A stretch of 64,000 nt of DNA from Octopus sinensis (taxonomy: Eukaryota), in the NCBI RefSeq assembly GCF_006345805.1, contig NC_043005.1, forward strand, positions 95,232,001 through 95,296,000, given 5' to 3'. Each line of letters begins with the position of its first letter. Position 1 is the stretch's first letter. The notes beneath the pieces were generated by a model. That model was not told where the DNA came from. It saw nothing but the letters and a program-made list of their open reading frames with translations, and did no database searches. This document shows positions 1 to 12,990 of this stretch, one piece after another. The position numbers and the translations under genes are program-made.

Positions 1-59
1 AAAGTTGTGTGGCCGTTCACTCTCATGGGTCCATTTATCCTTTAAAGGGTCTTGTTTTT

Positions 60-210
60 GTCTTTTTTCATCCCACAGACTGTACAAAAATCCCCGTCCT
101 TACTAAGTAGGCTTTGTGGAGTTGCCAGTATTATCGCCAACGACCCGAGCATGAAACAGGTTGGCCTGTGTAAAGTTACCAATAGCACTCAAGAGTGACA
201 CATACATACA
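60..210 (-). mobile_element. Diverged remnant of the same putative RTE-like 5' end seen at 11540-11884
   Basis: Aligns by eye to 11755-11885 (ttttcatccc..., gttgcc...atcgccaacgacccgagcatgaaacaggttg); both abut a (CATA)n array on the right. Confidence 0.45.
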
Positions 211-2170
211 TACGTACATGCACACATATACATTATATACGTACATTTATTATTATTATTATTACTGTTTATTTTCTTTTTGTATTATGGTGGCGACGGA
301 GAGAAAGATTTCCAAAATTTTCCAAGTCGTAGGATGAAAATGATAGACTTTGAATTTCTTTTCATTGTTCGTGAAATGCTTCGTATTATGTTGCAAATAA
401 AAATATATAGTATTAATCAATATATTTACCCTACAGATAAAAAGAAAAAAAAGCGTGACAATGAATTTACACACGATGTATTTCTTATGACGATGAACGG
501 ACAATGTATTGACTCACGATGCAATTATCTAGCGTTGAAATTACCTTACCACGAAATCACATACGCTGAGATTACAGGCGATGTAATTTATTGCAATGTA
601 ATTTATTGCTATGAATTTACGGCGAACTTTGTAAATTCACGCAATTTCTTCTACTGTGTTTGATATCAGGGCGACTGAGCGTTTGTGCAGTTACCTTGCC
701 TCATAGAAATTCTCGCCAAGCCACATCCTACTGTCTAAAGAAAGTTAAAAAATAACATGGGGTATGTCACCCTAAAAAATAAAATTATTGAAAATAAAAG
801 ACAGATTGGTAACGGTTCGATCATATATCTACTCGACCAAAATTCTTAGTAAGTTTCTTCTACCGAGGGTTAGACTAACAAATATTTCTGCGTGAAATTT
901 GGCGGCCGGAACAGCATGAAAGACAGACGGAAAGATCATTTGTGCTCTTCGGTAGCAACCCTAACCGTCACTCAGTTTAACATCACCAACAGGTCGCTTG
1001 AATGCATTTAATGGAGTCTACTCTTGTAAGCATTCAGGTCACGTAACCACTCTGAGGGTAACTTTTTCCCTTCCTCCATCAAGCTGCGTAAGCCCTCAAA
1101 ATGGTAGGATTTCACCCTTCCTCTTCTGATTTACCAAACGCAGTCCAGTTATCTCTTCAACCCCTCCCCCACAAAGAAAAATATATATATAGGTATGGAG
1201 ATAAACAGTGATAACTAAATTAGAGTTTAAAACGATATGGACATCGCCCACAAATCTGTAGACAACATGTGTCATAACTGGAGGTTGAGCACTGAAGGAT
1301 GGAGTATGTGTTTAAAATGGTGAGCATATTAATGCACAAATGTCTACACTGCTTTTTGGCAGAATTCTAGTAGCTCAAGATTCTAGTGGTGTCAAACTTT
1401 TAGCGTACAGGATTTGAGTTTAAGTTCTACTTCGGAAATTTTTGCAGTAGATTATATTTTGCGTCTAAGTGTATATAATAGTTGAGGAAAATATAAAATT
1501 TTCAGATATGTATTATCTGTCATACGGAGATATCCCTGCTTATCACCATGAAACTCGAATTAAATGAATAGTTCTTCAAATCTTCTGGGAGATTCGAAGA
1601 CATTTGTATTTACCACTCCATCATTAGTGGAGAGAGATCTATTAGCATCTATGAGCAGGAAATATTGTCGTGGACGTTTTGGTAAGCTTTAGAAGACGCA
1701 ATCTTGTAACATATCGCGCGCATATGCGCGCACGCGCAATTTGTATGTGTGGAGTGAGTGAGTAACAGAGTGAATGAGTGAGTGTGCATGCGTGTGTGTG
1801 TGTGTACACTTATACCCTGTTCTGTTGTCAGTCTGGATTAAAAGATTATCCTCTAACCACGACGTCGTTATGAAAGCTACCACGAACAGATTATTGATAA
1901 AGTGAATCATCAAATAGATTTCCCTGACACAAATAGATTCCCGGTGCATGAACACACATTCCGTAACGAACTATGACCGTTTGTATGTCATGGCTTTATC
2001 GTCTTCAGTCGTCAGTAAAAGCACGAATGATGCAATTGGCATTCGAAATCATCGCCTTTATAGTCATCATCACGATAGATTACACATCACCCTCATACAA
2101 TATCTATCCATCAACACACACACACATACACACACACAATATAAATACATATATGTAAGTATGTATGTAT

Positions 2171-2262
2171 GTCATTATTCAGTTTTATTTCAAGATTTCT
2201 TGTCAATAGAGGAGTTGGTTTCTAACCTGCATCCAAGGCTACTTCATTAAAATTTCAGCATC
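2171..2262 (-). mobile_element. Short 3' end of an RLE-type LINE inside a (TATG)n array
   Basis: Close match to 25399-25492; minus strand ends aataaaactgaataatg-(acat)n, similar to the 3' ends of the Dong-like copies. Confidence 0.6.
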
Positions 2263-2497
2263 AACAGGGTACTTTTGTTTGTATGTATATATGTATGTAT
2301 GTATGTATGTATGTGTGTATGTATGTATGTATATATGTGTCCATGCATGTATGTATGTATGCATGTATGTATGTATGTATGTATGTTTTGTATATATGTA
2401 TATATATATAAGTTACGATCCACAGAAGGATTTAAAACATACACTGCAGTAGTTTATTGTTTATTTATGTGTGTGTGTGTGTGTGTATGTGTGTGTA

Positions 2498-2551
<54 letters not shown>

Positions 2552-2645
2552 CGTGCATGTAACATCTGGATGGTCACGGTTGAAGCATTTTTGATAATAG
2601 TTCTATCTAATCCAGCGAATTCATTCAGGTTGCTAAACGACAATA

Positions 2646-2676
<31 letters not shown>

Positions 2677-2979
2677 CACTAATAACGATGACGACAATAA
2701 TGACAGCAACCGAAGACGACGATGACGTAACCGTTTATAAACTGACCGCTGAAAGTTCAACATTCCCTTTACACAAATACATTGATATTAGGGGACCATG
2801 CGTCGTCGTTCAGGCGCGAAGGGTCAAAGGTACAAGACACCCAGCTTGAAAATAGACAAAGACAAGCGGAAAAACAAAAGGCAAAAGTAAGCGACAAAAG
2901 GAACAATGGTTGGGTATGAAGAGACCAAGTCAATAAATATAGTGGAAAATGACCATTCGTTTGTTAATGACGCACTACG

Positions 2980-3053
<74 letters not shown>

Positions 3054-3615
3054 CAACAACAACAATAATAATTGTAATAACAATAATAATTATAATAATA
3101 ACAATAATGATCCTTCTTAGGAGCATAAATAGCGGCGAATGGGGCAAGGGATGTTACAAGATCTATGACAAAGCGAGAGGCTTATATCGAGAGGTTGATA
3201 TAAAGACGACAGCAAGAACAACAACAATAATAATAATAATGGTAATAATAATAATGTTTTCATTAATAATAATAGTCCTCAACACAGGTACATGTGCAAG
3301 TCATTTATATAAATATAGTTTTAAATTATGTTGGTACGTGACTTACTCAGGAGTTGTAATATAAATATAATTAAAGACTACGATGATACCGTGCAGCGGT
3401 GGTAGGGATGGTTGTGGTGGTGATGATAGTGGTGGTGGTGGTCGTCGTCGTTGTCTCGGTCTTATGGCAGTGGGCAGAGAAGAGGAGGGAGAGGAAAACG
3501 ACCGGTGACCGGTTGAGATCAACTGGAACGACTGGCGTTTAAATTATATCTTATAAAGCATGTTAAGCCCGTGTCTTCAGAATTTCCATCTACAATTAGT
3601 CATATATATGTGTCG

Positions 3616-3987
3616 TGGTGGCACTCCGTCGGTTACGACGACGAGTGTTCCAGTTGATCCGATCAACGGAACAGCCTGTGCAATTGACGTGCAAGTGGCT
3701 GAGTACTCCACAGGCACATGTACCCTTAACGTAGTTCCCGGGGGAGATTCAGCGTGACACAGAATGTGACAAGGCTCACCCTTTGATATGCAGATACAAC
3801 AAAAACAGGAAGAGAGAAAGTTGTGGTGAAAGAGTACAGCAGGGTTCGCCACCGCCCACTGCCGGAGCCTCGTGGAGTTTTAGGTGTTTCATTCAATAGA
3901 CACTCACAACGCCTGGTCTGGGAATCGAAACCGCAACCTACGACCGCGAGTCCACTACCCTAACTACTGGACCATTGCGCCTCCACC
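3616..3987 (-). mobile_element. tRNA-derived SINE, family C, near full length
   Basis: Minus strand starts ggtggaggcgcaatggtccagtagttagggtagtggactcgcgg... with B-box-like ggtttcgattccc; body segments recur at 9600-9700, 38300-38479 and 40730-40830. Confidence 0.75.
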
Positions 3988-4877
3988 ACATATTATATAT
4001 ATATAATGCCCATACGTTTTTTTTCTTTCGTGACACTCGATATGTTGTTACCTTATATATATCATCATTTATAATGTCGACAAAGAATAATATGCTATAT
4101 AACTGATTTAACATACAACTATTTCGACTTGACAGAGCTGGCTTTTGCAGAGCAGAGATTTTCGTTAATCATAACTACCCAAGTAATTTAAGATTTTATT
4201 TGACTCACTTTATCTAACTGCAAAAATATAGAAGACAAAAAATAACTTGCGTAATTTGAAATCAGAAGAACAAGCTATAGAACTAGGCATATTAAATTAT
4301 GCACTTAGTCATCTCTTCTGCTCTTCGTAATTTCAGGTCAATTATGATCTGACCTACATCTCATTCATAATGTTGAATCTACTACGATATATTTACCGCC
4401 AAACTTCTGATATACCACTTACTATAAGATCAGGCAGCTTTGACGGTATTCAGCGTCAGGGACTATACATAAATCTTGCTCCGATGAGTGTCATCCGGTC
4501 GTTGCCTTCAACTCATTCAAGATCCATCAAATCAGTGATTCTCTCAGACGATAAGACACGGAATGTAACGTGACGAAGGGAAGAGAGGGAGGAGAGAAGG
4601 GAGAACCGTGAGGTGAAACCAGATGATACAATGTCAAGCGATCTTTTTCCCGTGGGAACAACACTAATAAAAGAAAAACAAAAGAGTGGGGAGGGCATCT
4701 TTAAAGCAACAAGGTTAGATTTACATGACGTTATACATCTGTAGACCCCTCTTTCAGCAAAGCGCCTCCCAAATTGGATTGTCGATGGAGTTGGGCAGAA
4801 ACTTCAAAAGGAATAATAAAAGTGTAACAGACAATACTGAGTACTAATGTTTTCCAAACCTTCTCGTTGTGAATGAA

Positions 4878-4939
<62 letters not shown>

Positions 4940-5361
4940 CTTCACGCACACAAGTTTTGCTCCTCCTTTCTGTTTATTAATGAGAGAGAATACAGATTTT
5001 GCATCCATATAATTCCTTCTTCACCATGGTATTAGCTATGTTTAAACTTCAAAATCATCTTAATTTTTATTAAACCTTACAATTCGTTAGTGTCCCGCCC
5101 TTTTCCAATCTTCTCAGCCCCCTCTATGAGGGTTCGGGGCTGTCACCCCCTTTAAGAAACACTGGGTTAGGTTTAAATCAGTGTTTCTTAACAAGTATAT
5201 ATAAGGTATAAGTGTGAAAAGTTTGCGAAGACATCTTTTACTGCTGAATTTTTTGATAGAATATAAAATGTTCATAAAATGTACAATAAACCACGGGCAG
5301 ACATAAGGGCCACAATGCAACATTTACTGTAAACAAAAACTGAAAAGTATTGATTTCAAAT

Positions 5362-5540
5362 TTAGGAACAAGGCCAGCAATTTTGGGGGAGACATTAAGT
5401 TGATTACATCGACCCCAGTAACCAACTGGAACTTATTCTATCGACCCCGGCGGAATTTGAACTCAGAATGTAAAAGAAGGACCAAATGCCGGTAAGCATT
5501 TCGACCGGTATGCTAACGATTCCACCAGCTCGCTGCCTTA
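5362..5540 (-). mobile_element. tRNA-derived SINE, family B ((ATT)n-tailed)
   Basis: aaggcagcgagctgg head, gagttcaaattcc B box, gtcgac/atcgacccc core; family recurs at about 10250-10420, 10490-10610, 14600-14810, 18603-18935, 42230-42330, 49815-49990 and 51318-51515. Confidence 0.75.
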
Positions 5541-5609
5541 AAAAGGCTGAAAAATATTTTCCTGTACCGAAAGTGCGCCTCAGTTTAAATGTTTTTAAAG
5601 AATGGCATT

Positions 5610-5760
5610 ATTGCGAGTAAGATGTTTGCTTTCCAACCACATGGCTCACGTTCAATCTCATTGTATGACTTCCTTGAGCAAGAGTTTTCTACTATAGTCC
5701 CGGACCGACTAAAGCCTTGTGAGTGGATTTGGTAGGCGGAAACTGAAAGATACCATCGCA
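5610..5760 (+). mobile_element. tRNA-derived CORE-like SINE, family A, 5' part
   Basis: ccaaccacatgg...ccttgagcaag...aaagccttgtgagtggatttggtaggcggaaactgaaaga matches full copies at 48578 and 53415. Confidence 0.7.
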
Positions 5761-6199
5761 TAAATATATAATGTGTGGGTGGGGTGGGGGTGGGAGAGAA
5801 ACTGTTTCCTTGTATTGGCTACATGTGACACCGTAATGAAAGCGGTGTCCATCGTTTCCAAAATTGTGAAAGTATGTCTGGTTATTGACAAATATTACTT
5901 TGTTTGAAACGGGCGAGGGACGGTGGCAGGAAGGCCTCTCCACCGTAGAAAATCCGCCTCAGAAAATTCCGTTCGACTAACGCTTACAAAGGATAAGTAT
6001 AGAGGCTTGTGGGCTGCGTGGATTATAAATATCAATTCACTCAGTGATTGCCTAGTTGTACGCCAGAGAAAATTTCTGATCAGAGCTGATCGAGAAAAGT
6101 GATATATATGTCTGAATGTGACTGTTTGTCTGCAATAATTGATGACAGAGTTTGGAAGATTTCTAAAAATGTGAAAATAGATGCACTTTTTCAAGATAT

Positions 6200-7181
6200 T
6201 AGAAAATCTAATTTAAAGGATTAAAATGAGCCGGAAAAAATTCTGAAGGCGAGCTAATTACGCTAATAAACTGGAAGGCAGATACATATTTAACAAATTC
6301 CAAGATCTAAATACTCACAATAAGTTTTATATCGAGAACGACGCACTTTAACAAGACTATTTACAGCCCCAAAGTTATATGAACACCACCTTCAGTTGCC
6401 TCAAGAAAACTTATGTTTATCTTGTATTCTCAATTACGTATGAGTTGCTTAAAATTCATGCAGCACTTCCTGTAACAACAGCAATTGTAGAGTACTCCTT
6501 TTCCAAGTTCAAGGTAAAGCTATAAACTGCAGAGCCAGTGTGAAGAGAGATTACCTGATCTCGAGCTACTAAGCATCGAAAAAGACATCCCCGTTGATAA
6601 TGAAAAAGCAAAAAGCATTTTCAAGCACCTACCCAACAGGAGAATATTATTATGATTTATATTATATATAAATATAAACTTTTTATCAGTTCAAATAGAT
6701 TTGAGACATAACGAACCCTTAAGAAGGCCATTCGTTGCATTTTGTCACGAAGAAAAATTTTAGCTGTAGACAAAAGGATGTAAACACACCAAGTTTATAT
6801 AAATCACTGCTTAGGGCTTCTAATTAATATATCATATATTAATCTATTGTTACTTAAGAACTGTGGCCATCATATTAAGTATTAAACAGCTAACAGTATA
6901 TTAATACAAACCTTCAGTTCATAAGTTTCACATTATTCCGTTTTCAAATGTGTATACAGAAGGATATTGTAATTTAAATGATGGGCAAAGTAAAAGCCAA
7001 TATAAATAAAATTGAAAAATAATCGTAAATAAGCTAAAATATTTCAACATCTTACATTTTCATATATTTTCTTAATTTAACATTTTTCTATATTTTCTGT
7101 ATTTTGTTGCAAATTTCATTTTAAAAATTGTTAGAGGAATGCCATTTTCCCACTGATCTTTTGACCCTTCTAGACGGCTGT
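6200..7181 (+). mobile_element. hAT DNA transposon 3' remnant (transposase dimerisation-domain pseudogene plus right end)
   Basis: 6427-6657 translates FSITYELLKIHAALPVTTAIVEYSFSKFK...LSIEKDIPVDNEKAKSIFKHLPNRRILL*, matching the hAT C-terminal LPVTTASxERSFSxLK motif, with frameshifts; ctagacggctg at about 7170-7181 resembles a hAT terminus. Confidence 0.75.
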
Positions 7182-8235
7182 ACACATCACTGCCGTATGA
7201 CTGTGTGATGTAATATAAGGAAAATAAATATGTGTATCCAAAGCCCGATATCTCCCTTCACCGTGTGCTTATTTCCAAATTTAATCAACTGAACTTCGGT
7301 GTTATCACTCCTCCCTGTCTTGGACAGATTTAACCATTCATCCAATGTTCACAATTCCTGAGTGCAGCTGTCGTCTTAATTAAAGCTTCTTGGTCGCCAG
7401 ATTAAATATATTAACTCATACTTTACAGATTTTTAACGCCACTCAATGTTATTGTTGTTGTTGTTGCTGTTGTCGTCGTCGTCGCTGTTTTGCTCCAGGC
7501 AGGTCTGTGCAAAGCTGGTAACAGGCCCCAGCTAGATTTAAATTGTAGGCCATATTTCAAATTTCTCATTATGCATGCTAGTAATCACTGATAAATGCAT
7601 ATAATGACGGCCTTGTACAAGTTATGGGTTTCTACATGTAATATACGTGATGTGCATAACAAGTAACAGAAAAGAATACAAGGACAAGAACGACTTATAA
7701 ATAAATCATTCTTTACCAAAGGCCTTTGACAGGGAGATTGAGACCCCTTAAAATCATAGACCCATGCCACCTAACCCACCTGCTCTCTTCTGTTCTTGCC
7801 TCACCCCAGGTCAACCCTGCTCAAACTAACTTATGTGTGATCCAGTGATGCAGGTTCTGTCTTTTTGTACAAAAGGGGTCCTAAATTGTCCAATGTCTCC
7901 TGTAATTCGAAGGTGTTTTAGTTGATATTTTTCGTGAGATAAGCGACCACATGAGGGTCCATGGACTTAAATGTATAGAAGGCATAACACTTCCTAGTTC
8001 CGACACAGATCTACAATCGGTTCATATTTTCCCAGATGATCTAGTTCAAGTCGTTGAAGCCATGCAGAATAAAGTGTTGGGAAAATACCACAGATTTGAA
8101 CTTTACACCTGTGAGTTCGATATTACTTCTACTCGAGTGAGCTTGCTTTCAATCTACGCCCGAGCACCTCCTGCCCATCCACGCACAAACAGGCGAGCTC
8201 ACATACGCATGCATGCATGTATTCACGCACATACG

Positions 8236-8475
8236 CATGAACATGAACTCATACATACGGTAAACACGGAAAAATACATATACGCACATAAAACACACAC
8301 ACACACCTGTACATACATATACACACACATACATATACACACATACATATACACATACATATACACACATACATGAACATGAACATGAACACATACATAC
8401 GGTAAACACGGAAAAATGCATATACGCACATAAAACACACATACACACCTGTACATACACATACATACACACACA
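8236..8475. repeat. 142-bp tandem duplication in CA/TA low-complexity DNA
   Basis: acggtaaacacggaaaaat..catatacgcacataaaacacac..acacctgtacatac at 8257 and 8399. Confidence 0.85.
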
Positions 8476-9077
8476 AATACATTTCTTTTGCTCATAGTCA
8501 GTGACCAGTGATCGTGAAAGAGAGATTACTGTGACATTTTTATGATCAAAAAAGGAAATAGTAAAGCTTGTCCAAAGAGATTTTTAAAAAACTCAGAGAG
8601 AGAGAGAGTGAGGGGGAGAGAGACAAAAAGAGAGAGGATGAGGGAGGAAGAGAGACAGACAGACAGGCAGTCAGGCAGAGTGAGAGACAGACACAGAGAC
8701 AAAGAGAGAGAAGGGTAGGAAATTCCTAATCGAATCGTTGAAGCAAATCAAAATATTGGCAAGAAATGTCAGACATATATATGGTTGCCATGGTGTTGTG
8801 CTGTTTAGCTGCAGGTCAGTTCTTATGGCGCTGACTTCTCATCAAAACCTTTCTACCTTTCATAGCAACGTCGCTTCTTTGGTCTTCCATTTTATTTTTT
8901 TAAGTCTTGTATTGCGAGTACAAAATTATCCAAGGTTAAGATGATAGGCTGTGATTTGATGGAGCCTCGACTGCTATTTTTAGCAGTGTTGGTAATGGCA
9001 GGGATGTTGGTGGTGCTGCTGCTGCTGTTGTTGTTGTTGTTAAGCAACAAGACGGGTAAGGGTGATTAGGTGATGGT

Positions 9078-9278
9078 CTAGGGCTTAGGGGCGGGAGACC
9101 CCAGACCTTGGAAAAAAAACTTTGGTCGTCTTGTTGTAGTCGAGGGCTCTTCGTTGACACCCGACACCACTGGGAGGTGGCCCTCGAAGTCGCTGGAAAT
9201 GGAGATCTCCAGGTCCAAATTCTTGAACGGCTGGCGGTGGTGATGATGGTTGTCGTCGTCGTCATCGTGGAGCCTCGA
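9078..9278 (-). CDS. Candidate terminal coding exon of an unidentified gene (66 aa plus stop)
   Basis: Acceptor-like tgtattctatttcag then open frame SRLHDDDDDNHHHHRQPFKNLDLEISISSDFEGHLPVVSGVNEEPSTTTRRPKFFFQGLGSPAPKP*; GC-rich relative to flanks; no recognised homology. Confidence 0.3.
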   Translation of the reverse strand, partial: SRLHDDDDDNHHHHRQPFKNLDLEISISSDFEGHLPVVSGVNEEPSTTTRRPKFFFQGLGSPAPKP

Positions 9279-9599
9279 CTGAAATAGAATACACCCCCCC
9301 CCGTTTCAACATGAGAAGTTGAACTCGGGTTCGTAACCTGTCACTACTGAGACCAAAGCGAATTGATGTCGCCCCATCCCCAGCCATATTCTTTCTATTA
9401 GTGTGACTAATAGACATGTATCGTTTGAAATAAACTGTTCGGACCATAGTCATAGCGTAACGGTCACGACAAATCACAAGCAGTCAAAAGTTTCGATAAA
9501 CAATGAAACAATATGTATTGTAATAGTTGTGATAATATTTAGATGCATTTTTTCATGTGGCTCTCTATCAGTTATGACGACCCATAAAACAGCGGGCTC

Positions 9600-9825
9600 A
9601 GGAAATTGACGTGCAAGTGGCTGAGCCCTCCACAGACACGCTTACCCTTAACGTAGTACTCAGGGAAATTTAGCATTTCACAGGATGTGACAAAGCTGGC
9701 CCTTTGAAATGAATGCAGACACAACTCGTTTTCGCCATTAGAATGAACTGGAGCAACATGAAATAAAGTGTCTCGCTCAAGGACACTCGTGAGCTTAATA
9801 CCCTAACTACTTAGCCACGCCTCTT
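9600..9825 (-). mobile_element. Degenerate SINE (family D CORE-like head with family C-like 3' part)
   Basis: ttgagcgagacactttatttcatgttgctccagttcattc followed by sequence shared with 3680-3790. Confidence 0.6.
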
Positions 9826-11243
9826 CATATTATTTGTAATAGCAATAGTTGGTTGAACAACTATATAAACACTGGGTGGAACACGGAAAACAGGTCGGTT
9901 GTGTCAGTTGATATCTCTCATTTGCAATGACATTTTCATATTCTGACTAAAGTGAAAGTATATTTCACCACAAACCCACCCCTTCCTACTCGCTAGGCTA
10001 AAGTGCAGTTAAAGTAACGCTTGAAAGGAAGAATTAACAGATGGGATTGCCAAATATGTAACTGCAAGCAAATCCGAAGACACAATCTTCGATGAAGCTG
10101 CAGTGTTAAGAAAAATAATTATAGTAATCGCTTCTGACGAAAGTACAAAGCCGCAAGTTTAGCACGTAGGGGTTAGTCGATTAAATCAACCCCAGGACAT
10201 GACGAGTGATTTATTGTATAATAATAACTATTATTATTATTATCATTTCAAATTTTTGCCACAAGGGCAGCTTGTGGGAGGTAGGGATGAGTCGATTACA
10301 TCGACTCCTGTGTTCAACTGCTACTTATTTTCATCGACCCCGAAAGGATGAAAGGTAATGTCGACCTCGCCGGAATGAGAACTCAGAAAGTAAAGTCGAA
10401 TGAAATACTGCTAAGTACTTTGCCTGGATCACGGTTTTTTTTTGGTGGGGGGGGGGGATTAACTCGAACTCAGCACTTGACTGGTGACAACAAATTAGAG
10501 TGTTTGAGAAAGCGCTTTTCAGTATTTATTCTGGTTCTCTGCGTTCTGAGTTCAAATCCTGCCACCGTCTACATAACCCTTTTTAGAGTCGATAAATAAA
10601 GTACCAGCCAAGGATTGTTAGAGAGTCAGACCAGGTGCCTTGCATTATCTATTCCCACTCTTTGCGTTTTTAGTCCAGCTTTCGTTTTGTATCCAACCTC
10701 TATCAGGGAACCACGATTGGTCGTGAAAGCCGCAAGGAATAAAGGGAAACTGCGATTATCTGCGATTGCAGCCGAATATGATGAAAGCGATGATGATAAT
10801 AATAAAAGACGGAAGACAAAGTCGGCCTCGGCGGGGTCTGAAATCAGGATGTTATAAAAGGATATAGCGAAATATCACAGAGGAATTTATCCGCTTCCCT
10901 ACCAATTCTACTAATCTACAAACATACTGCCAACTCTTTAATTTAAAAAAAAAATAGGCACCATGCCGTTCGAGTTAATTCCTTGACGCTAGTGCCATGT
11001 TTAGACATGAGCTAAAAAAAAGCTGCAGTTTAGAGCCTCACAATCTACAGGGGTCTCAAAATAATTAAAAGGCAGAGATACTTTCAATTTTTGTGAAACC
11101 TTCTGGTGTAATTTTTTAAAGAAAGGGCTTCCGCGATATTAAAAAGCTTAGCTGTCAACACCAAGTCTAAAAACCTGTACTGATTGTCTTATTGACTGAA
11201 TGGAGACGATTTGTAGAATACACCCACTCACTCACACGCACAC

Positions 11244-11304
<61 letters not shown>

Positions 11305-11539
11305 TACATACATACATACATACATACATACATACATACATACATACATAGTGGCTGCCCCCTCGTTATCGAGTATGGCCATTGCACGAAGCTTAATCAA
11401 TGTTGTTATCGTGCAATGCCTGTGCAAGAAGATTTTTTTTTAAGTGAGGAAAGGCTGTGCACTGAGTCAATCCCACTCACTAAGCAACAGCAGCCATAAT
11501 CCGAAAAGAAGAACAAGTCAACATCATCGGTAACCACTG

Positions 11540-11884
11540 AGCCGCAGGTTTTATGTCGGTGTTCTCCCAGTTACCTGAGTTACCTTCTCCTAGAAGGATG
11601 CCCTAACAAAGGCTAGGAGTCCTTCACTCCCAATGGTTTAACCGCGCGATCGGGTATTCAGTCCGATTATTTCTATGTCCCCGCGCATGATACAGCCTTA
11701 AGACATTTATTGGATGGCCGTTGACTCTCAAGAGTTCCTCCGCCTTTTGACGGGTTTTGTTTTTCATCCCGCAGGGTGTCTAATAAACACGCTCCTCACC
11801 AAGCAAGCTTGGTGGGGTTGCCGGTTTAGTCGCCGACGACCCGACCATGCAACAGGTTGTACTGGGTTACATGTTACCAGTAGC
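11540..11884 (-). mobile_element. Putative 5' UTR remnant of an RTE-clade LINE
   Basis: Minus strand contains gggcatccttctaggagaaggtaactc...aaacctg, resembling RTE 5' regions (from memory); starts directly after (TATG)n; second copy at 60-210. Confidence 0.45.
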
Positions 11885-11980
11885 ATACATACATACATAC
11901 ATACATACATACATACATACATACATACATACGCTCACGCTCGCACATGCAAATGTCTCTCCTCTATCCCAAAGCGAAGT

Positions 11981-12310
11981 GAAGGCGCATGGCTCAGTGG
12001 TTAGAGCACCGAGCTTACGATCGTGAGTTTGTGAGTTCGAATCCCGGACCGGGCTGCATGTTGTGTTCTTGAGCAAGACACTTTATTTCACGTTGCTTCT
12101 GATCATTCAGCTGTAGAAATGAGTTGCGACGTCACAGGTGCCAAGCTGTATCAGCCCTTGCCTTTCCCTTGGATAACACTGGTGGCGTGGAGAGGGGAGG
12201 CCGGTATGCATAAAACAACCTTGCCCGGACTTGTGCCTGGGAGGGTAACTTTCTAGGTGCAATACCACGGTCAGTCATGACCGAAGGAGGTCTCATCAAT
12301 AAAATCCCAA
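11981..12310 (+). mobile_element. tRNA-derived SINE, family D, full length
   Basis: A box tggctcagtgg (11990), B box gagttcgaatccc (about 12033), CORE-like ttcttgagcaagacactttatttcacgttgc; related minus-strand copies at 36320-36520 and 40850-40990. Confidence 0.8.
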
Positions 12311-12409
12311 AGCCCCACATCCTAACTATCCATTTCCCCGTTTGAGTTACCCATCTGAAATTTCCTTTCTACACGTTTATTTTTTTTTTAAGCCGGCAAC
12401 TTGCAGCCC

Positions 12410-12790
12410 TTTTACTCTTTACACGTTTACTTGTACCCATCATTGGATTACGGTCATGCTGGAGTACGGCATTGAACGATTTAATCGATTAAATCGACCC
12501 CATTATTTATTTTAAGTTTCGTACATATTTTATCATTTAGTTTTTGACGAACCGTTAAGTTAACGGGACGTACAGATTGTAAAGAAATAGGAAACAAATC
12601 CGAACACATGCACATACATACAACGGCTCTCCGCAGTTTCCGCTTACCAAACTTTCTCACAAGGCACTGGTCAGTCCGGAGCTATAGAGGAAGATATTTA
12701 CTTAAGGTGTCATGTAGTGGAACTGAACTCGAAACTACGTGGTTGCAAAGCAAATTTTTTGACCACACATACGCGCCTTCGACCCCACGG
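12410..12790 (-). mobile_element. SINE family A, diverged
   Basis: tttactc tail, gtcatgctggag, cagtttccgcttaccaaa..ctcacaaggc. Confidence 0.7.
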
Positions 12791-12905
12791 TGGTTCTAAA
12801 AAAGCATCAACGACCTCAGCAATCTTGAAGAGTCTGTTAAGGCCGAACCGCAGTTATAGGTTCGTAAACAAACCAGTACTAGCTTTCAGGTAACGGGAAA
12901 TAAGC

Positions 12906-12945
<40 letters not shown>

Positions 12946-12959
12946 ACACACACACAGAT

Positions 12960-12990
<31 letters not shown>

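Noticed and set aside
4370-4573. 67-aa ORF with faint LRR-like spacing (TIRSGSFDG)
   Set aside because: It lacks the LxxLxLxxN core and has no convincing splice context
11981-12055. tRNA-like sequences here and at other SINE heads
   Set aside because: A and B boxes are present, but they continue into SINE bodies and lack a complete cloverleaf
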